The position numbers were made by a program, and so were the translations under genes. Below are positions 58,856 to 64,000 of a DNA stretch of 64,000 nt, piece after piece. Below the pieces are notes generated by a model, which was not told where the DNA came from, did not search any database, and saw nothing but the letters and a program-made list of their open reading frames with translations. Within the stretch, counting starts at the first letter, position 1, and each line of letters opens with the position of its first letter. The stretch spans positions 307,558 to 371,557 of the forward strand of contig CAYOAM010000001.1 in NCBI GenBank assembly GCA_964402035.1. Direction: 5' to 3'. This DNA is from an uncultured Candidatus Saccharibacteria bacterium (GTDB lineage Bacteria > Patescibacteriota > Minisyncoccia > Phycocordibacterales > UBA918).

Positions 58856-59389
58856 TCAATCGGTGTACATAAACAAAGTATTATCTAGTGCAACTGAAAG
58901 AGTGACAGGCGACCGTGGTAATACCACCACTTTGACCTCTGAACCATTTGGAAGAGAAGCAAAATGGGCTTTCGCATTTTTTTCTTCTTCCTTCGTACTT
59001 ACCCACAGGACATGGGGTACCACGTCGGTAAGTTGAGAATGCCCACCGGCCTCAACCTCGAAACATATGATCCCAATACCCGCCGCTTGTGCAGCTCTGA
59101 GGAACAGCAACTGATATTGCATTTCATCCTTATTACTTACATCTGCCAGCAGGACGTTGTAAGCGTTACGCCTATACAGTCCTGCCAATTCCTCCACCGC
59201 TGTTGCATCCTGCACATCAGGCAGCTCGCTAAAATAAATATCATCCCGACTAAAAATGCGCCGAGTATTGCCGCCGACACAATAGAGCGTGCAACTTACT
59301 TTCTTTTTTAAGCCAACAATACACTGTATCAGTGCATAAGAAGTCCTTGCGCCAGTAACAGCGTGGACAACCGCAATTGGATTGAGCAT
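58856..59389 (-). CDS. Hypothetical protein
   Basis: 177-aa ORF with TAAGGT upstream. Confidence 0.55.
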   Translation of the reverse strand: MLNPIAVVHAVTGARTSYALIQCIVGLKKKVSCTLYCVGGNTRRIFSRDDIYFSELPDVQDATAVEELAGLYRRNAYNVLLADVSNKDEMQYQLLFLRAAQAAGIGIICFEVEAGGHSQLTDVVPHVLWVSTKEEEKNAKAHFASLPNGSEVKVVVLPRSPVTLSVALDNTLFMYTD

Positions 59390-59503
59390 GTGAGTAGCAC
59401 CTTATTTTGAGGAACAACATATTGTCCTAAGCAGAAACTAATAAAACTATATCACACTTTTATGAAAAAACAATATTTGAAACTTTCCCCTCACCCATCG
59501 TAC

Positions 59504-60592
59504 CTACTCCTCCACCTGTGGTTTTTCGATTGAAAGCTGACCAATTTCCATTGATGCACCGGTGATCCGGGTCACATCTTTATCGATCTTTCCGAGCTCC
59601 TTTTGCGCGGTATTGTAGTGATTCACGGTTGTGCCAAGCGCATTCCCCACTTTTTTAAAATAATCATCATACGCTTTGAGGTGTCGCGAGAGTGCTTCAA
59701 CCTGTACGCCAATTTGTTTTGCTGATTCTTCAATTTTAAATGCGCGAAAGCCATAGAGGACCGACTGGAGATACGCTGCAAACGTCGTTGGCGAGACGAT
59801 GATCACGTTCCGATCTTTATATGCATAGTCTATGAGCGAGCGTGTATTCACTTTCACTGACCCCACTTCATTGACCAGAAGGTCGTAGTAGATTGCTTCT
59901 GCAGGAATATACATAAAGGCAAATGGCAATGTCCCGTCTTTTGGACGGATGTATTTTGCGGTTTCGTCGATGCGCTTCTTGAGATCATTTTTAAATTCTT
60001 TTTCCAATTCATCGCGTCGAATATCGTCGGTCTCATCAACAAGCCTCCGATAGTTGTCAAGGGAAAACTTTGCATCAACCGGGATCATGCCGTCTTTGGT
60101 GTGAATCACGGCATCAACCGTTTCCCCACCCGGAAACATGTACTGCATTTTAAATGCCGTTGCCGGAAGCATGTTTTCAAGTGCAAGCTGGAGTGATGCT
60201 TCACCAAGATTTCCCCGCTGCTTTTGATGTTTAAGAACCTTTTCCAAACTCTGCAGTTGCTCTGCAACCGAAAACACTTGCTTTGAAGATTCTGACACCT
60301 CACTCACCCCCTTCACCACATGCATCAGTTGCTCATTGACCTCTTTGTTGATATCACGTATCAGTTTTTGTGATTCATTAAACTGCATCTTCACCGACTC
60401 GTGCATTGATTTGTTGCTCTCCCCCATACGGTCATTGAGCGTCCGCGTGAGCTCCTGTAGTTGCTGTTGCAAAAGGAGCATCCCCTGCCCATCATCTTTT
60501 TTTGGAGCATTCTTCTGCCCAATGAGTACGTACAAAACCGCCCCAATACCAAGGACGAGTACACCGACAAGAAGCAATAATAGTGTTTCCAT
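59504..60592 (-). CDS. rmuC: DNA recombination protein RmuC
   Basis: TM plus coiled coil, RGNLGEASL, PVDAKF, FMYIPAEAIY and IVSPTT motifs. Confidence 0.92.
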   Translation of the reverse strand: METLLLLLVGVLVLGIGAVLYVLIGQKNAPKKDDGQGMLLLQQQLQELTRTLNDRMGESNKSMHESVKMQFNESQKLIRDINKEVNEQLMHVVKGVSEVSESSKQVFSVAEQLQSLEKVLKHQKQRGNLGEASLQLALENMLPATAFKMQYMFPGGETVDAVIHTKDGMIPVDAKFSLDNYRRLVDETDDIRRDELEKEFKNDLKKRIDETAKYIRPKDGTLPFAFMYIPAEAIYYDLLVNEVGSVKVNTRSLIDYAYKDRNVIIVSPTTFAAYLQSVLYGFRAFKIEESAKQIGVQVEALSRHLKAYDDYFKKVGNALGTTVNHYNTAQKELGKIDKDVTRITGASMEIGQLSIEKPQVEE

Positions 60593-60679
60593 ACCCCCTA
60601 CAGCGTACCATATTATAAAATAGCTTTATGCACAGCACTTGCGTTTTCTACTTTCTATGACATTGTACAACTGCAACAT

Positions 60680-61009
60680 ATGTCTAAAGACTCCCGATCA
60701 GGCGGCAAATATACAGGAAGTCATACTTCCCTTATACCAGCCGCAGCAAAAATCTGTGACATAGCAAACCGCTGTCCCAACGTAACCAAGATATCGCCTG
60801 GTTTTATTAAAGCAGGACTACCATCTGCGCGTGGCAATCGTCGTGTGAAAATCACGGTTTCCGACGGCAGCATGCTTCTTTCGATACGCGACAATGCCTC
60901 GCACCAAGAAGTACGTGTCTATGCTACCGATATCCATGCAGCAAAATACGCTATTGCGCGTGGCTGCAAGGATGAAGGTATTACCGTTTCATTTCGCGAA
61001 ATAGCGTGA
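60680..61009 (+). CDS. DUF2103-like protein
   Basis: GGKYTGSHTSLI...VTKISPGFI...QEVRVY pattern. Confidence 0.65.
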   Translation: MSKDSRSGGKYTGSHTSLIPAAAKICDIANRCPNVTKISPGFIKAGLPSARGNRRVKITVSDGSMLLSIRDNASHQEVRVYATDIHAAKYAIARGCKDEGITVSFREIA

Positions 61010-61090
61010 GTCGCTTCGCCACCGGACGAAGCCAATATTTCTTTTCAAATATCAGACTAGTGATACTATGGAGCTATAGCAATCTTATAT

Positions 61091-61546
61091 ATGACACTTC
61101 ACGAAACCATCAAAGGCCAGCTTAAAGAGGCGCTCAAGGCAAAAGACGAAGTAAAACTCCGTACAGTGCGCGGCATGCTCACCTCATTTACCAACGAACT
61201 AGTTGCAACCGGTAAAAAACCACAGGATATGTTGCAAGACGAGGAGGTGCTCAAGGTCATTTCACGTCTCGCAAAGCAGCGCAAGGATTCTATCGAGCAA
61301 TTTGTTTCGGGCGGCAGACAAGACCTCGCAGACACCGAGCAAGAAGAACTTGCGGTACTTGTGACATACCTCCCCACCATGATGAGTCGCGAGGAAATTA
61401 GGAAAATCGCAGAGGCAAAGATTGCTGAACTTGGTGCCATTGATAAAAGTAAAATGGGTATGCTCGTGGGCTCACTCATGAAAGATCTCAAGGGTAAAGC
61501 AGACGGTGGCGATGTAAAAGCGGTGGTAGAAGAACTTTTGAAATAA
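61091..61546 (+). CDS. GatB/YqeY domain protein
   Basis: KQRKDSIEQF..GGRQDLA..E..EL.VL..YLP...KGKADG. Confidence 0.92.
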   Translation: MTLHETIKGQLKEALKAKDEVKLRTVRGMLTSFTNELVATGKKPQDMLQDEEVLKVISRLAKQRKDSIEQFVSGGRQDLADTEQEELAVLVTYLPTMMSREEIRKIAEAKIAELGAIDKSKMGMLVGSLMKDLKGKADGGDVKAVVEELLK

Positions 61547-61551
61547 TAGGT

Positions 61552-61767
61552 ATGGGATTCGGAGCACGAAGAGAAATGCCAAAAGTGGAACTAAAAAAAC
61601 GGTTCAAACTCAGCGAAGCTACAATTCCTGAAATTGAAGGACAAATAGAAATATTAAAAATCGAAATTTCTGGATTGCAGGCAGCAAATGACACTAGTGA
61701 CAAGCAAGCTGAAATTGCGGAAATGGAAGCACGTATTGCTGAGCTTAAGGCTCAAAAGATTAACTAA
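61552..61767 (+). CDS. Small coiled-coil hypothetical protein
   Basis: Starts 5 nt after the YqeY gene; heptad pattern. Confidence 0.55.
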   Translation: MGFGARREMPKVELKKRFKLSEATIPEIEGQIEILKIEISGLQAANDTSDKQAEIAEMEARIAELKAQKIN

Positions 61768-61798
61768 GTGTTTTGTTAAAATAAAAAGGCTAAGCATA

Positions 61799-61984
61799 TT
61801 ACTTAGCCTTTTCCTCATCAATCTCGAGAATTCTTAGGAAAACAACTCCAACAACACACGTGCAGGCGACTGCAAAAATAAAAGCAAAAAATTGTAGTAT
61901 GCCATCCTTTGCAAACGCAATAACTCCACTCGTCCCCATCCAGACGATGGCGCAGAGCACGATAATCGCAACCCTAGTATTCAT
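61799..61984 (-). CDS. Small 2-TM protein
   Basis: GGAGG SD before the ATG at 61984; two hydrophobic helices. Confidence 0.55.
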   Translation of the reverse strand: MNTRVAIIVLCAIVWMGTSGVIAFAKDGILQFFAFIFAVACTCVVGVVFLRILEIDEEKAK

Positions 61985-62092
61985 CTTAACCTCCACAAAA
62001 TCTGCGGGCAGTCTAGAACAAAACTATCTATGGCGCAACCGGCTATATTTATAGCTACATCACCAGGTCTACTTGGAAGTCCGGCTTCCAAG

Positions 62093-62740
62093 TTAAATTT
62101 TCCTAGCGTCAACGACTGAAAAAGCGCCAATTTTTGTGCGGCGCAAATCCTCAGTGGTTGCAGGATACCCAAGTCGCCTGCCCAATGCTTCTGCCAGCGA
62201 GCGGATATAGACACCACTTGCTACATCCCACGAAAGCAAAATGTGCGCTCGTCCATTTTCGACCTCAACATTTTTTAACTCAAAACCTCGTACTTCCATA
62301 TCGCGCATTGGGATATATGCGATCTCTTTTCCCGTCCGTGCTTTTTTATAGAGCGGCACACCGCCGCGCTTTACAGCAGAATAAATCGGTACTGGGAGTG
62401 AAAGCGTCCCCACCATGGACTCCAGTGCACTTTGCACGTCCACCGCATCAAGCTTTTCAACAATTTCTTCTTCAAGAATCTCTCCTTCCATGTCTCCGGT
62501 TGATCTACGCTCTCCGACACGCACCACGACCTCATACGTCTTTGGCAATTTTAAATAGTCGTTGAGTTTTTTGGTCCCTTCATTGATCCCAATGATCATG
62601 AGCCCAGAAGCCAATGGATCAAGCGTGCCCGCGTGCCCCATTTTCCGAATCCCCAGCTCGACTCGCAAACGGCGAATGACATCAAAAGACGTAATGCCTT
62701 TTGGTTTATCAACAAGCAGCATATTTTCGGGTACATTCAT
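62093..62740 (-). CDS. truB: tRNA pseudouridine(55) synthase
   Basis: DKPKGITSFD, KMGHAGTLDPLASG, PIYSAVK and SGVYIRSLA motifs. Confidence 0.96.
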   Translation of the reverse strand: MNVPENMLLVDKPKGITSFDVIRRLRVELGIRKMGHAGTLDPLASGLMIIGINEGTKKLNDYLKLPKTYEVVVRVGERRSTGDMEGEILEEEIVEKLDAVDVQSALESMVGTLSLPVPIYSAVKRGGVPLYKKARTGKEIAYIPMRDMEVRGFELKNVEVENGRAHILLSWDVASGVYIRSLAEALGRRLGYPATTEDLRRTKIGAFSVVDARKI

Positions 62741-62828
62741 AAGAGTGCAAAAGTCTGTGGCGGATATTATGCAACTATGTTAGTATCTTGTCCAGACTTG
62801 TAGAAATATCTTTTGGAGAGGTGCATTG

Positions 62829-63362
62829 ATGCGTAATAAAGCTTTTAAGAACCTGGACGTCGCATACAAGCCAGGAACACGCGTAACAATTGCGCGTACT
62901 GACATTGCTATGGCGTTACTATGCCCCCGTCCGTCGACGGCGGAAGGAACCATAGTCCGCATTCTAGATCGAGGAGCTTCAAGGCAATATCCCTTCATAA
63001 AAATCTATAAAATCTCCTGCACAGGGACATTTCTTCCTGACGAACGAATTAGCTCCTGCGAACATCAAAGTATTTTGTTGCTTGCGCTGCGAGTCACTCA
63101 GGATGTTTTTGATAACTTGTTTCGAGCCGGTCACCTGGACGAGATATTGCAGATCCCGCCAGGCAAAGGTGGACAAAAGTATCTTTTAAGCGCCACCGGA
63201 ATGCAATTCGCGTTACGGTGGGCAAGCGACTCCACATTGTCGCATTACATGTACTGCAACATCAGACCTCCGAAAGAGTTCCTAGCAGCACAGAAACTCT
63301 TAGCGACAAACGAAGAGGTAGCAGCACAAGAGGACGACAAACTTGTTTTCTTCGACACCTAA
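62829..63362 (+). CDS. Hypothetical protein
   Basis: GGAGAGG SD; terminator hairpin tcgacacct/aggtgtcga overlapping the stop. Confidence 0.55.
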   Translation: MRNKAFKNLDVAYKPGTRVTIARTDIAMALLCPRPSTAEGTIVRILDRGASRQYPFIKIYKISCTGTFLPDERISSCEHQSILLLALRVTQDVFDNLFRAGHLDEILQIPPGKGGQKYLLSATGMQFALRWASDSTLSHYMYCNIRPPKEFLAAQKLLATNEEVAAQEDDKLVFFDT

Positions 63363-63382
63363 AATAAGGTGTCGATTTTTTA

Positions 63383-63793
63383 TTATGGCATTTGAATGAC
63401 TACCCCTCTTTTGACGACCGTGCGGCGAAGTTCCTGTTTATGTGATTCGTACACAGGCACAGCTTGCCCTACAAGCGTCCAAAAATTTTTGCCATGATTA
63501 AATTCTTTTAGATGGCAGAGCTCGTGCACAATGATGTAGTCCGCAAGATGTGGCGGAAGGAACAATATACGATAGTTAAAATTGAGGTTGCCACTCTTTG
63601 AACAACTACCCCATCGTCTTTTTTGATCACGTATCGCTACTTTTTTATACTCAAATCCGTAATGCACATTCATGGCATGGAGGCGTTCATGAACAAATGC
63701 GCGAGCTTGCTCTCTGTGTTCAAGATAATGCCGCGAAGGTTGTTTCCTTTTCCGTCGCGATTTTCGTCGCACTACTCTAACCCATTTCCACAT
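63383..63793 (-). CDS. YgjP/DUF45-like zinc metallopeptidase-family protein
   Basis: RWGSCS...LNFN...YIIVHELCHLKEFNHGKNFW. Confidence 0.9.
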   Translation of the reverse strand: MWKWVRVVRRKSRRKRKQPSRHYLEHREQARAFVHERLHAMNVHYGFEYKKVAIRDQKRRWGSCSKSGNLNFNYRILFLPPHLADYIIVHELCHLKEFNHGKNFWTLVGQAVPVYESHKQELRRTVVKRGVVIQMP

Positions 63794-63938
63794 AGAAAAA
63801 GTTAAATTACAATCACGTGCGCGTATGAGTGACGGTGTCCACGCCCAAAGTATACCGTACGATCAAATGATCTAAATTTACCTTTTCTAAGATCCAATTT
63901 ATGCTAGGATACAGTGCATTACTTATCATATTCATCCT

Positions 63939-64000
63939 ATGGAGCGCGTATTAACAAAACACACCACAGAACACATTGGCGAAGAAGTCCTTGTAAAGGG
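63939..64000 (+). CDS. 5' end of a probable aspartate--tRNA ligase (OB-fold start), truncated by the window
   Basis: MERVLTKHTTEHIGEEVLVKG resembles the N-terminus of AspRS/AsnRS. Confidence 0.55.
   Translation, partial: MERVLTKHTTEHIGEEVLVK

Noticed and set aside
1-64000. Alternative genetic code (TGA recoding as in some CPR lineages)
   Set aside because: Long conserved genes are uninterrupted under the standard code, and TGA is used as a stop (e.g. at 12143, 27942 and 61009).

Overview
Bacterial chromosomal window using the standard genetic code. It most likely comes from a Patescibacteria (CPR)/Parcubacteria-type organism; this is an inference from dense housekeeping genes, mostly Shine-Dalgarno-free starts close behind -10 boxes, many ORFans and secreted peptidoglycan-binding proteins. 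The backbone carries tyrS, pbpC, an alpha-2-macroglobulin, msrA, sppA, an ROK kinase, pgi, rpmA, rplI, corA, cysS, dnaB, recR, rplU, rmuC, truB and the start of a probable aspS. The main feature is a polymorphic-toxin locus at ~22.1-38.0 kb on the minus strand. It has a 2818-aa secreted SpvB/FG-GAP/RHS protein with two large domain insertions in its RHS shell and a LysM + L,D-transpeptidase-like (Tlde1/DUF2778-like) tip. Downstream are three orphan toxin-immunity cassettes, a ~55-bp RHS remnant, a Shedu-type (DUF4263) defence nuclease and a truncated REP-associated tyrosine transposase (RAYT-like) gene that is absent from the ORF track. Most cassette junctions carry copies of a short motif (about GGNGWCAGNCAC, often inside a small hairpin), and a near-identical inverted copy lies 8.4 kb away at 13.9 kb. 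This suggests a HUH-transposase/REP-motif-driven cassette array that assembles toxin tips and defence genes, on top of clear homologous reshuffling among the cassettes. No rRNA, tRNA or CRISPR array was recognised.
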